Made by a program: the position numbers and the translations under genes. The notes under the pieces were generated by a model. It was not told where the DNA came from. It was given only the letters and a program-made list of their open reading frames with translations, and did no database searches. A stretch of DNA of 37,688 bases, taken from a virus. Taxonomy: Duplodnaviria; Heunggongvirae; Uroviricota; Caudoviricetes. The stretch is from IMG/VR virus record IMGVR_UViG_3300032038_000024, positions 1 through 37,688 of that record; one strand, given 5' to 3'. Of the stretch, positions 26,484 to 35,315 are shown piece after piece. Every line of letters starts with the position of its first letter. Position 1 is the stretch's first letter.

Positions 26484-26926
26484 TATTGTGGAAAATTAGT
26501 TGGATCATCGTATGCTTTATATCTTCCAGTATCACTATCAATAAGTGGTGTCTTATTGTCTTTTGTTACTTCTTTAATGTATGCTGCATGATGTTTTTCC
26601 ATATCTGAAAAATCATTAGGTTCCATACCTAATTTGTTCATACAAATATCTTTAGATCTATCATCAGCAAAATTAATATACTTATTCTTAAACTTTTCAA
26701 ATTCTTCTTGTAAATGTCTTAAGTCATTTTTGATTTCATCTGCTATCAAAACATTCTTATCAACACAATTTGCAAACATTTGATTAACTCTTAATCCTGG
26801 GAGAATATCTTCATTTCTTAATAAAGATTTCATTATTTTACTTTCAGTATCAGGATTATATTCATCATAATATTCAACTTCCAAAAAGAAAGGTACTTTT
26901 GGTTGATGCCATTGATTATTATCCAT
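26483..26926 (-). CDS. Hypothetical protein (147 aa)
   Basis: ORF track. Confidence 0.8.
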   Translation of the reverse strand: MDNNQWHQPKVPFFLEVEYYDEYNPDTESKIMKSLLRNEDILPGLRVNQMFANCVDKNVLIADEIKNDLRHLQEEFEKFKNKYINFADDRSKDICMNKLGMEPNDFSDMEKHHAAYIKEVTKDNKTPLIDSDTGRYKAYDDPTNFPQ

Positions 26927-26950
26927 ATTTCAAGTCTATCTTTTTATATA

Positions 26951-26996
26951 AAAAAAATATAGACAATACTTAGATAAAATTCTAAATATTGTCTAT
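26951..26996 (-). terminator. Rho-independent terminator
   Basis: 16-bp stem 26959-26974/26981-26996 with one G.U on the minus strand, followed by a T-tract. Confidence 0.75.
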
Positions 26997-27019
26997 GTAT
27001 TTCTTATAGTATTAAATTA

Positions 27020-27457
27020 TTAAACTTCGTTTCGGCGAGCTTCATATTCTGCCTCAAGTTCATCAATTTCAGAGTTATCCCAACTCTCAACTCCACGTCC
27101 CTTAAAATGAGTGGAACCAATTGTATCGTAAGCTATCTGAATAAGAGCAACTAAATCAGCAGAATGAAACGAATAATGTTCAGTGTCGGGCCACGGCCAA
27201 GGTTTTTCTGAAACAATATTTTCATAATCATTACCTGTTGAATTATAATGGAGATGAACATGAAGTTCTCCGTTCACAACAGTGAAATACTTGATGCCAT
27301 GATTGTAAAATTTTCGAGCAGCCTCACATGAACTGTAATCATTTCGATTTGCAAGAAACTCAAGAGGAAATACATCGACTTTATTCTCAGTCATATAATT
27401 GATAATTGACTGAATTAACCCGGCACAAAAACTCTCTGTTGTATACATATTCATCAT
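27020..27457 (-). CDS. Hypothetical protein (145 aa), monocistronic unit between promoter copy 5 and a terminator
   Basis: ORF track; flanked by promoter and terminator; elevated GC. Confidence 0.8.
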   Translation of the reverse strand: MMNMYTTESFCAGLIQSIINYMTENKVDVFPLEFLANRNDYSSCEAARKFYNHGIKYFTVVNGELHVHLHYNSTGNDYENIVSEKPWPWPDTEHYSFHSADLVALIQIAYDTIGSTHFKGRGVESWDNSEIDELEAEYEARRNEV

Positions 27458-27476
27458 ATTAAATATTTTTTATTGA

Positions 27477-27520
27477 TTACAAATATAATATAGTAATCTT
27501 TATAAAAAATTAAATAATAT
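27477..27520 (-). promoter_or_regulatory. Conserved bipartite promoter, copy 5
   Basis: ttacaaatataatatag-taatcttta-taaaaaattaaataatat. Confidence 0.8.
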
Positions 27521-27529
27521 TAGAAAAAA

Positions 27530-27823
27530 TTAATAACTTAATTGATCTTTTGCCCATTGTGATAATACTTCTATAAGATCATCTTCCCAGCGTTCAATAT
27601 CTTTACGATCCCATTCACATTCATTTTCAAGATAATCAAAAGCGTCATCAACCAATGGATCATTTTCTTTATCTGCCATTGCTTTCATATCATCCATAAA
27701 TTCATGACGACTATTATATCCATCTTCAACACAATGTTCATCCCACCATTCTGATAAATCATTTGTCATATCTTCGAGGTCATCTTGAGATGATTCTAAA
27801 ATAAAATTTTTAATATCTTTCAT
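27530..27823 (-). CDS. Very acidic protein with capsid-targeting-like leader (putative internal head protein, DNA-mimic candidate)
   Basis: MKDIKNFILE|S leader; 32 D/E versus 9 K/R in 97 aa. Confidence 0.75.
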   Translation of the reverse strand: MKDIKNFILESSQDDLEDMTNDLSEWWDEHCVEDGYNSRHEFMDDMKAMADKENDPLVDDAFDYLENECEWDRKDIERWEDDLIEVLSQWAKDQLSY

Positions 27824-27826
27824 AAC

Positions 27827-28138
27827 TTATTTTAAATATTCATTATATTTTGGATTGATTCCATAATGATCATCCTTTTCATTATATTCATAAGATTTCA
27901 ATACAAGATAGTTTCCTGGGTCATCTAAATCGTAGAAACCATTATTAGTTGTTGCAATTAACCAATATTCTTTATTGTTTGCTTCTTCTTTAAGTTTCTT
28001 TAATTCATTAACGGCTTTCAATAAATCACCTTCACCCCAATCGGAAACAACTGAGTCATCTCCTCTATCGATGATTTTAAAACCATCTACATTAAATTCT
28101 TTACTATCTGTTTTCAAATATTCAACTATACTTCTCAT
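27827..28138 (-). CDS. Hypothetical protein with variant leader MRSIVEYLKTDS (103 aa)
   Basis: ORF track; hydrophobic pattern at positions 4, 7 and 8 matches the array leader but E10 is missing. Confidence 0.7.
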   Translation of the reverse strand: MRSIVEYLKTDSKEFNVDGFKIIDRGDDSVVSDWGEGDLLKAVNELKKLKEEANNKEYWLIATTNNGFYDLDDPGNYLVLKSYEYNEKDDHYGINPKYNEYLK

Positions 28139-28168
28139 ATTATTTAACTTTGTATTGCAAATAATTTA

Positions 28169-28176
28169 TATTTATA
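28169..28176 (-). promoter_or_regulatory. Possible T4-type late promoter TATAAATA
   Basis: Exact TATAAATA 30 nt upstream of ATG 28138 in intergenic DNA; the octamer is also common by chance in AT-rich DNA. Confidence 0.35.
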
Positions 28177-28197
28177 TAAAAATAATTTTTAGTTATT

Positions 28198-28983
28198 ATG
28201 AGTAGCTGTATTTTTACAGTAATTAAAAATGAACATAACTATATAAAAGATTTTATTGATTATCATTTATCATTAGGAATAGATCATATTTTTATATTTG
28301 AAGATATTGGAAGTATTACACATAAAGAAATAATTGATAATTATCCTAAAGATAAAATTACATTAAATTGTGTTGATATATTAAATTTAGAAATATTTAA
28401 TCAATCTGAATATATTAGAAGTGGTTTATTATGGATAAGAGATAATTTTGATTATGATTGGTGTTTTTCAATTGATTGTGATGAATTCATTACTGTTACT
28501 GATGAATTTCCAAAATTATTAAACGATTATATTAAATATGATGCAATTATGTTACAGTGGAAAAATTACGGAGCGTCAGGATATATTTATAAGCCAAAAT
28601 ATGATAAACCTATTTGGGAAATTTATACAAAGGAATGCGGTTATACATATCAAGATAAAAAATTTTGCAATTATACAAAACTGTGTTTTAATATGAAAAG
28701 ATTACAAGAAAGATTTATAGCAGGTAATCATACTGCATTATGTAATTTTGTTCGTCCTGATTTTACATGGAAAAGAAATGTACCTGTTTATGATAGAATA
28801 TATTTAAGACATTATATTACAAAATCATTTGAAGAATATGTTTGGAAATTAAAAATAAGAGGTATGATGTGTAAAACACATAGATATTATTCAGATTTTT
28901 TTGAAATGAATGAAGATATGATTGATAGAAAAAATGAATTAATAAAATTAGCAGATAATATAATAAAAATGAATAGAACTTAG
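28198..28983 (+). CDS. Glycosyltransferase family 2-like (GT-A fold, GT2_4/GT92-like)
   Basis: IFTVIKNEHNYIKDFIDYHLSLGIDHIFIFEDIGS, WCFSIDCDEF (DxD), LRHY.TKS.EEY. Confidence 0.85.
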   Translation: MSSCIFTVIKNEHNYIKDFIDYHLSLGIDHIFIFEDIGSITHKEIIDNYPKDKITLNCVDILNLEIFNQSEYIRSGLLWIRDNFDYDWCFSIDCDEFITVTDEFPKLLNDYIKYDAIMLQWKNYGASGYIYKPKYDKPIWEIYTKECGYTYQDKKFCNYTKLCFNMKRLQERFIAGNHTALCNFVRPDFTWKRNVPVYDRIYLRHYITKSFEEYVWKLKIRGMMCKTHRYYSDFFEMNEDMIDRKNELIKLADNIIKMNRT

Positions 28984-29001
28984 CTAAGTTCTATTCATTT
29001 T
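28966..29001. repeat. Perfect 36-bp palindrome with no spacer between convergent genes
   Basis: aaaatgaatagaacttag|ctaagttctattcatttt equals its own reverse complement. Confidence 0.95.
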
Positions 29002-29007
29002 GTTTAT

Positions 29008-31866
29008 TTAAGGAGCTGCAAATATTCTTGATGCAATATTTCTCCAGTTAGTTGCATTTTTATATGCATCAACTGAACCTGCAGGTACATAAATAGGATA
29101 TGATAATGCTCCACTAAATGATTCATTATCCATTTGTGGTGGTGTTGTTGCTTCCATTGTAACAGATGTTAAATGTGTATTATAAAATGCTCTATATCCA
29201 ATATATGTACATGAAGCTGGTATAACAAGATCTATTGCAAGACTAGTACAATTTCTAAATGCCTCACGTCCAATACTTGTTGCTGATGCAAGTGAATTAA
29301 TATTACTTAATTTTGGATTATCACATAAACAATAATTACCAAATATCTTAATATTACTTAAATCAAAATTTTTCAATTCTGCACAATTACATACTGATTC
29401 ATTTTTTAATTCAGTACATCCAGGACCTATTGACATTGTTACAAGAGCATCACAAGATCTAAAGCCATAATATGGAATTGGTACAGTTAATTTAGGTAAT
29501 GAAATTTCAATTAATTTATCACAATTATAAAATATATAATCAGAGTTCCATGTTTCAAGTGATGATAAATCAATTTCTTCTAATCTACTCTTTTCTCTAA
29601 ATAATTGACCGGCACCATTAAATGATTTACATTTTGTCAATACAACTTTTTTGAAATTTGTACCTTCAGCAAATGTTGCATAATATTGTATAGCTTCTAA
29701 TTCAGGTAAATTCAATAAATCAAGATTAGGATTATTTGCAAATATCCAATCTGAATTTAATGATTTTAATTTTGGTAAATCAATTATTTTACAATTATCT
29801 AAATGTCTAAAATGCTGATTACCATCTGCAAATTGTACTAAATTTGGTAAATGTATTTCTTTTAATTTTGAACATCCATAAAATGCAGAATTTCTAACAA
29901 TTGTTAAATTATCTAAACCTGTTATATATTCACAATCATATAAATAACTTAAACCTACTTCTTTTACTTCAACAAGACTTCCAAAATTTATTTTTGTTAT
30001 TCCATAAGATTCTCTAAATGCCCACCCATCAATTACAGTACAATTTGGGAATGATATTTCTCCTAAACCTTCTTCTCCTGAAGTACCTAATTCTCTAAAT
30101 GCAGAACCTCTAATATATTCAGCAACACATGTATTATTAGGACCTATACTTTTTATTTTTTTACATCTATATAAAGTAGATCCTTTAATATCTGTAACTT
30201 TAGATATATCTACAGATTCAAGTTTAGGACACTGAGCAAAAGCATTACTATCTGCAATTGTTGTAAGTTTAGGGCAATTTACTTCAATAAGATCATAACA
30301 ACGTAAAAATTGTTCAGAACCACTAAATCTTACAACTTCAGGTAAATTAACTTTTGTAATACCGTATGAATCTTCAAATGCTCCCCCATTAACTTGGGTT
30401 GCTGCATCAAATGTTATTTCACCTAATCCTACTTCACCAGAAGTACCAATTTCTCTAAATGAAGATCCATTAATTGTTGTAATTAATGGAATATGTCCGT
30501 CATCACTTATGCTTTTAATATGTTTACATCTATATAAAGATGTACCACCAAGATAAGTAACATTACTTAAATTAATGTGATCTAAATTTGTACATTCTTG
30601 GAATGCATTATCACCAACATATGTTAAATTACTTGTATCACCTATATTTATTAATGAATAATCACCACGAAAACATTCGTTATTAATTCTTGCACAATTT
30701 TTTAAATCAACATCAATTAACGAACTACAATATCTAAAAAATGAACCATCTAAAGTATAATTTAATTGGCTTTCAGGTAATATAACATGTTCTAATGAAT
30801 TACAATTATAAAAAAATCCTCTTAATCCAGAAATAGATGATGTAAGATTTGATAAATCAACAGTTCCTACTAAATTTTTACATCCATTAAAACAATTATA
30901 TCCAGCAGATACAAGATTTGTTGCATCATAATGTCTTAATTCATAACAATTGATAAACAAATCATAACCTAATGTTGTAATGTTTTTCCCTAAATCATTT
31001 GGGAAAACGTATTCATTACAACCATTAAATGCTTCATAATTAACAGTTGTTATTTTATCCCAATCAATATCAGTAGTAAGTAATTTATTGCATCCATAAA
31101 ATAATCTTCTAGGTATAGATGTTAAATTATTCATACCTAAAACAGTTTCTAATTTTTTAGAATTATAAAAAAGTCCTTCATTAAATAAATTTACATGTGC
31201 AGATTGTAAATTAGGCATTGCTTCAAAAACATAATTACCAATTGAAATTAAATTTTGAAAATCAACACTTGCTAATCCTGAACCTAAAAATGCATGATTT
31301 TTCAACGTAGTAATATTTGATGTATCTCCAATATTTTCCAATGCAATTGCATTTTTAAACGTTTGTTCACCAATAACTACAGCATTTCGTAAATCAATTT
31401 CTTTTAATGTTTTATATTCTCTAAATAAGTAATTTGGAAATGATGTAAAATTTTTAAAATATCTCCACTCATTTAGATATTCAATATCAGGATAATTTTT
31501 TAATACAGTTTCACTAATTGTTGATGTTGTTGAATTAAAATATTTTGCAGTACCTTCAGTTATACCAATAGTATCACCAAATACATTTGCACACATTTTT
31601 TCAGCCTTTTTATCTTCAAAATCTATATAATATTCACCAGTATGCAATATATGAAAATCTTGATAAGATTCATTAAAAAATCTTAACATATGTTCATATA
31701 TATTTTGTATTTCAACAGATCCCTTTAAGATACAATTAAAATCTGATGATGTAAATGATTTTTGTATTATATGATATAATTTATATAATGAAGCGTTTGA
31801 AACATGTTCATATGTTGCATTTGCAACATCTTGTTCATTTGTTTGTTTTACAATTAGTGTTTTCAC
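29008..31866 (-). CDS. BspA-type leucine-rich repeat (LRR_5) protein (952 aa)
   Basis: Repeated IG..AF..C..L..I.LP/xxLxxI units; C-terminal ATTPP....F...IYVPAGSVDAYKNATNW; GTG start; no signal peptide seen. Confidence 0.9.
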   Translation of the reverse strand: MKTLIVKQTNEQDVANATYEHVSNASLYKLYHIIQKSFTSSDFNCILKGSVEIQNIYEHMLRFFNESYQDFHILHTGEYYIDFEDKKAEKMCANVFGDTIGITEGTAKYFNSTTSTISETVLKNYPDIEYLNEWRYFKNFTSFPNYLFREYKTLKEIDLRNAVVIGEQTFKNAIALENIGDTSNITTLKNHAFLGSGLASVDFQNLISIGNYVFEAMPNLQSAHVNLFNEGLFYNSKKLETVLGMNNLTSIPRRLFYGCNKLLTTDIDWDKITTVNYEAFNGCNEYVFPNDLGKNITTLGYDLFINCYELRHYDATNLVSAGYNCFNGCKNLVGTVDLSNLTSSISGLRGFFYNCNSLEHVILPESQLNYTLDGSFFRYCSSLIDVDLKNCARINNECFRGDYSLINIGDTSNLTYVGDNAFQECTNLDHINLSNVTYLGGTSLYRCKHIKSISDDGHIPLITTINGSSFREIGTSGEVGLGEITFDAATQVNGGAFEDSYGITKVNLPEVVRFSGSEQFLRCYDLIEVNCPKLTTIADSNAFAQCPKLESVDISKVTDIKGSTLYRCKKIKSIGPNNTCVAEYIRGSAFRELGTSGEEGLGEISFPNCTVIDGWAFRESYGITKINFGSLVEVKEVGLSYLYDCEYITGLDNLTIVRNSAFYGCSKLKEIHLPNLVQFADGNQHFRHLDNCKIIDLPKLKSLNSDWIFANNPNLDLLNLPELEAIQYYATFAEGTNFKKVVLTKCKSFNGAGQLFREKSRLEEIDLSSLETWNSDYIFYNCDKLIEISLPKLTVPIPYYGFRSCDALVTMSIGPGCTELKNESVCNCAELKNFDLSNIKIFGNYCLCDNPKLSNINSLASATSIGREAFRNCTSLAIDLVIPASCTYIGYRAFYNTHLTSVTMEATTPPQMDNESFSGALSYPIYVPAGSVDAYKNATNWRNIASRIFAAP

Positions 31867-31892
31867 TACAAAATGAAATATTTATTTTGTAT

Positions 31893-32780
31893 TTATTTTA
31901 CAGCAGACTTCATAAATTTATCATCTTTAAGTTTATTCATTGCTGAACCTTCTTTATCAGGTAATGAAGTCTTCTTGTCATCTTCATCTGTTCCACCTTT
32001 AAACGCTTGTGGCATCTTTGCTCGACCAGGTGCAGATTCTGATGGATAATTGTTTGCTTTAATATTAAGTAAACTATTTGTAAGCCACTCAACTAAAGTC
32101 TTTTTATCTGTTATTTCTTTTATATATTTATGGAAGTCATCTATTAAAGATTCATCCAAATTGTCTGCAATATAATTTTCAATTTTTTCTTTATCAAAAC
32201 TTTTATCGAAAAAGTTAGGACCTTCAACTTTACTTGATGGAAGACTACCATTATTATCGTTATCTTCAGCTTTAACAGCAGCAATAGTTCCTTGTACTGC
32301 TTTAAGCATTTGAATTGGACTTATATCACCATCATAATTAAATGCTGCAATTTTTCCTTTTGGATTTAATGCTATTGCTTGAAGCCAAGTATGATGTCCA
32401 TCAATAACATAATTCTTTCTAAATGTTACAATTGGCCATTTAATTAAAATAGGATCTGTAAACGTTTTCTCTAATGATCCTTTTTCTTTTAATGCATGAC
32501 AAAGAGACTTATTCAAATCAATTTCACTTTGTGTTGGCATCAATTGAGATACAGGAATTTCTTTATAACTAAAAGTTAATTTTGTATCTCCAAGTTTACC
32601 ACCAAAACCATCTTCAAGTAACGCTTTAGATTTTGGATCTTCAAGCATCTTGTTTAATGTATCAACATAATCATCATAGTTTTTATGTTTTAACCATTTC
32701 TCAAGTTCTTTACGACGTTGTTTGTTTGAATTAGTTTCTATTTCACGAGATTCAAATATATATGAATTAATTTTTTTCAT
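31893..32780 (-). CDS. ParB/Srx-fold protein with capsid-targeting-like leader (295 aa)
   Basis: MKKINSYIFE|S leader; IPVSQLMPTQSEI, PIV....YVIDGHHTW. Confidence 0.7.
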   Translation of the reverse strand: MKKINSYIFESREIETNSNKQRRKELEKWLKHKNYDDYVDTLNKMLEDPKSKALLEDGFGGKLGDTKLTFSYKEIPVSQLMPTQSEIDLNKSLCHALKEKGSLEKTFTDPILIKWPIVTFRKNYVIDGHHTWLQAIALNPKGKIAAFNYDGDISPIQMLKAVQGTIAAVKAEDNDNNGSLPSSKVEGPNFFDKSFDKEKIENYIADNLDESLIDDFHKYIKEITDKKTLVEWLTNSLLNIKANNYPSESAPGRAKMPQAFKGGTDEDDKKTSLPDKEGSAMNKLKDDKFMKSAVK

Positions 32781-32782
32781 TA

Positions 32783-33280
32783 TTATTTAAATTCTTTAAG
32801 ATATTTTTTAAGATCTTTAATAGCTTCTTTATGCCAATCTTCAGTACCTTCTAATTTAAATCCCCAAGAACTACGTTTATCATTTAATATTTCTTGTATA
32901 TCTTTACCATCCTTATCACTATTAATAAGTTCTTTATTATAAAGCACCCAATATTTAACTGATTTGCCGCGATATTTACTATTTTGTTTTACTATAGCAA
33001 TACCCGTTTTATCAAATTTCAAACCATGATAAAATTCAGTCATATCTTCTTTTTCTGATTTGATCTTAATACTATTTTTAAGTACCTTTTCAATTTCTAC
33101 AATACCTCTAATTTGAATGCCATATCCATCAGTATCATATTTAATCAATAAAGCCTTTTCACCTGTATTAAATGTAAAATCTTCAGATTGACGTACACCA
33201 TCTTTATGTAAGAACATTGCTTCTTTATTAGATCCATTACTTTCGAATCTTTCATTTATAAAAAAATTTATTGTTTTCAT
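32783..33280 (-). CDS. Putative internal head protein (165 aa)
   Basis: Leader MKTINFFINE|R. Confidence 0.7.
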   Translation of the reverse strand: MKTINFFINERFESNGSNKEAMFLHKDGVRQSEDFTFNTGEKALLIKYDTDGYGIQIRGIVEIEKVLKNSIKIKSEKEDMTEFYHGLKFDKTGIAIVKQNSKYRGKSVKYWVLYNKELINSDKDGKDIQEILNDKRSSWGFKLEGTEDWHKEAIKDLKKYLKEFK

Positions 33281-33281
33281 A

Positions 33282-33578
33282 TTATTTAATTCTTACATAT
33301 ATATTTATTCCACCATCAGAATCATATGATTCACCAATCTTTAACTTCTTTACTTCCTTTTCTATAGTATCGTCATCCTCAAGATCTTTTGTTGCTTGTT
33401 TTAAGTCAGCTTCAGTGTATGGTGATATCATTTCATCTTGTGTATTGATTAGAAGCCATTTTGCATTTTTATTGTCTAATCCTGGCAAATCAATTCCAAG
33501 ACTACTTGGATCTGTTACGCTTTTGAAATATTCCCAGCCTTTAGAACTTTCAGTTATATAGTTTTTGATATTTTTCAT
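33282..33578 (-). CDS. Putative internal head protein (98 aa)
   Basis: Leader MKNIKNYITE|S. Confidence 0.7.
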   Translation of the reverse strand: MKNIKNYITESSKGWEYFKSVTDPSSLGIDLPGLDNKNAKWLLINTQDEMISPYTEADLKQATKDLEDDDTIEKEVKKLKIGESYDSDGGINIYVRIK

Positions 33579-33580
33579 AA

Positions 33581-33967
33581 TTATTCTAATCTAATAATTT
33601 TATATGCTCTACCTTTTTCAATAATATCTTTATTAATACATTCATGAGTCTTTATATCATAAAGCGCATAAGCTTCAGTATGTAAATACATATTATATAA
33701 TTTTTTACTCTTAATAAACATTTTTATAATAAATACATCATTCTTAGCATCACCTGCATAATAATGAGGAGGAATTGTTAAAAGATATTTAACACCTTGT
33801 TTCTTAAGAGTATTCCACATATCATCAGTTATTGATTTCACAGTTCTTGCATCATCAACATTTTTATTAATATTACTACCAATAATATGATCCATTTCAA
33901 ATTCTTGGTTTTGAAATTTTATTTTTGTAGAAACAGCTTCATTAATAAATACATTAATATTTTTCAT
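33581..33967 (-). CDS. Putative internal head protein (128 aa)
   Basis: Leader MKNINVFINE|A. Confidence 0.7.
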   Translation of the reverse strand: MKNINVFINEAVSTKIKFQNQEFEMDHIIGSNINKNVDDARTVKSITDDMWNTLKKQGVKYLLTIPPHYYAGDAKNDVFIIKMFIKSKKLYNMYLHTEAYALYDIKTHECINKDIIEKGRAYKIIRLE

Positions 33968-33980
33968 AATTTATTAACAT

Positions 33981-34541
33981 TTATATTTTTGCAAACTGTG
34001 TATCTTGATGTTCATAACTATAATATGAACCTTTATGAGTTTCTTCATCAAGAAAATCAACAAATGCTTTTACTGTCATTGGAGTCAATTTATACTTTTT
34101 AACTTCTCCATTATCAGGTCTTAATTCATTTTTAACAGCTTTAATAAATTGTTTACATTCTTTATCTGAATTAAAGAACATACCTTGATATGTTAAAACT
34201 GGTCTAGCATAATGTTTAATTATTCCATTAATTTTTGATTGATGATTTGGGAGTTCAAACGTTTTAACTGCCACATAAATAGTATCACATAATTTAGGAG
34301 CTGTTTTAACAATATCTTCAATTGTCCATTGGTCTAATCTAAATTTATCTGGTACTGCACTATACCATTTCTTTGTATCTTTAGGATGAATATATAAATG
34401 TTCACCTTCATCATCAAATACACCAAAACTATAATTTTTTAATTCTTTATTAAGTTTTTCTATTTCATCATTAAATTCATCAAAATTTATTGATGATACA
34501 GTTTGTTTTGCTTCGTTTAAAAACTTAACTATATTTTTCAT
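33981..34541 (-). CDS. Putative internal head protein (186 aa)
   Basis: Leader MKNIVKFLNE|A. Confidence 0.7.
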   Translation of the reverse strand: MKNIVKFLNEAKQTVSSINFDEFNDEIEKLNKELKNYSFGVFDDEGEHLYIHPKDTKKWYSAVPDKFRLDQWTIEDIVKTAPKLCDTIYVAVKTFELPNHQSKINGIIKHYARPVLTYQGMFFNSDKECKQFIKAVKNELRPDNGEVKKYKLTPMTVKAFVDFLDEETHKGSYYSYEHQDTQFAKI

Positions 34542-34798
34542 ACTTCGTGACCAAATAATTTTATATCGTTGCAGAACAATACTCCAGTTTTCTTATTATA
34601 TGTTGCAATATGATCCATCATTTTATCTTTATTATTAGGAATGTATACTAATTCTAAATCAGGTTCATTTTCATAATTACCAATGAACACATCTTCTTTA
34701 GTTTCTTTTTTCCATTTTTCCCAATCAGATTTTGAATATTTTACTTGTTCTGAAAATGAAGATCCACTTTCATTAATTTTTGATACAATATCTTTCAT
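34538..34798 (-). CDS. Putative internal head protein (86 aa)
   Basis: Leader MKDIVSKINE|S. Confidence 0.7.
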   Translation of the reverse strand: MKDIVSKINESGSSFSEQVKYSKSDWEKWKKETKEDVFIGNYENEPDLELVYIPNNKDKMMDHIATYNKKTGVLFCNDIKLFGHEV

Positions 34799-34800
34799 AG

Positions 34801-35313
34801 TTATTCAACTGGCTTATTTTTCTTAAAGTCATAATGCATATATTTTTTGAATACTTCTGCTAAAATATTATACATACGACCTCCACGTTTACCAATTGCC
34901 TTTTGTTCTTTTGGTGATAATGAATCTAATGCTCTTTGTTGAAGTTCTCCATAAAGTTTAGTATTTGCTTCTTTACATTCAGGAGCTTCAGTTATCTTAG
35001 ATGCCTTTTCCATTAATTCATCAATTTGATACTTCTTTTGAATTTCATCATATTTAGAATCCCATTCAGGATCTCCATATTTTAATTTTAATGAATTAAA
35101 TTCCTTATCTGCCTTTCTTTGATTCTTAGCCATTTCATCCCAATACTTTTGAGCTTCATCTTCATATTTCTTGACAATAAGTTTTGTCTTTTCAACTTCA
35201 TCAACAAAAGCCATTAATTCTTCTTTTGTTTCAAATGGCTTAGCGGCAGTATCACTTTTACGAGCTTCATTCAATTGTAAGCCCTCATTTATTTTATTAA
35301 CAATATCTTTCAT
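34801..35313 (-). CDS. Putative internal head protein, helical (170 aa)
   Basis: Leader MKDIVNKINE|G with a second site LQLNE|A. Confidence 0.7.
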   Translation of the reverse strand: MKDIVNKINEGLQLNEARKSDTAAKPFETKEELMAFVDEVEKTKLIVKKYEDEAQKYWDEMAKNQRKADKEFNSLKLKYGDPEWDSKYDEIQKKYQIDELMEKASKITEAPECKEANTKLYGELQQRALDSLSPKEQKAIGKRGGRMYNILAEVFKKYMHYDFKKNKPVE

Positions 35314-35315
35314 AA

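Noticed and set aside
958-27520. Repeated motif as a CRISPR array or transposon ends
   Set aside because: Copies are kilobases apart, always directly upstream of start codons, with no regular spacers, no cas genes and no transposase.
31834-31866. LRR N-terminus MKTLIVKQTNE as another capsid-targeting leader
   Set aside because: Glu is at position 11 with Thr rather than I/L two residues before it, and I4 is absent.
8693-31891. Short hairpins at 8693-8711, 10208-10225 and 31867-31891
   Set aside because: Stems of 7-8 mostly A-T pairs without U-tracts are expected by chance in AT-rich DNA.
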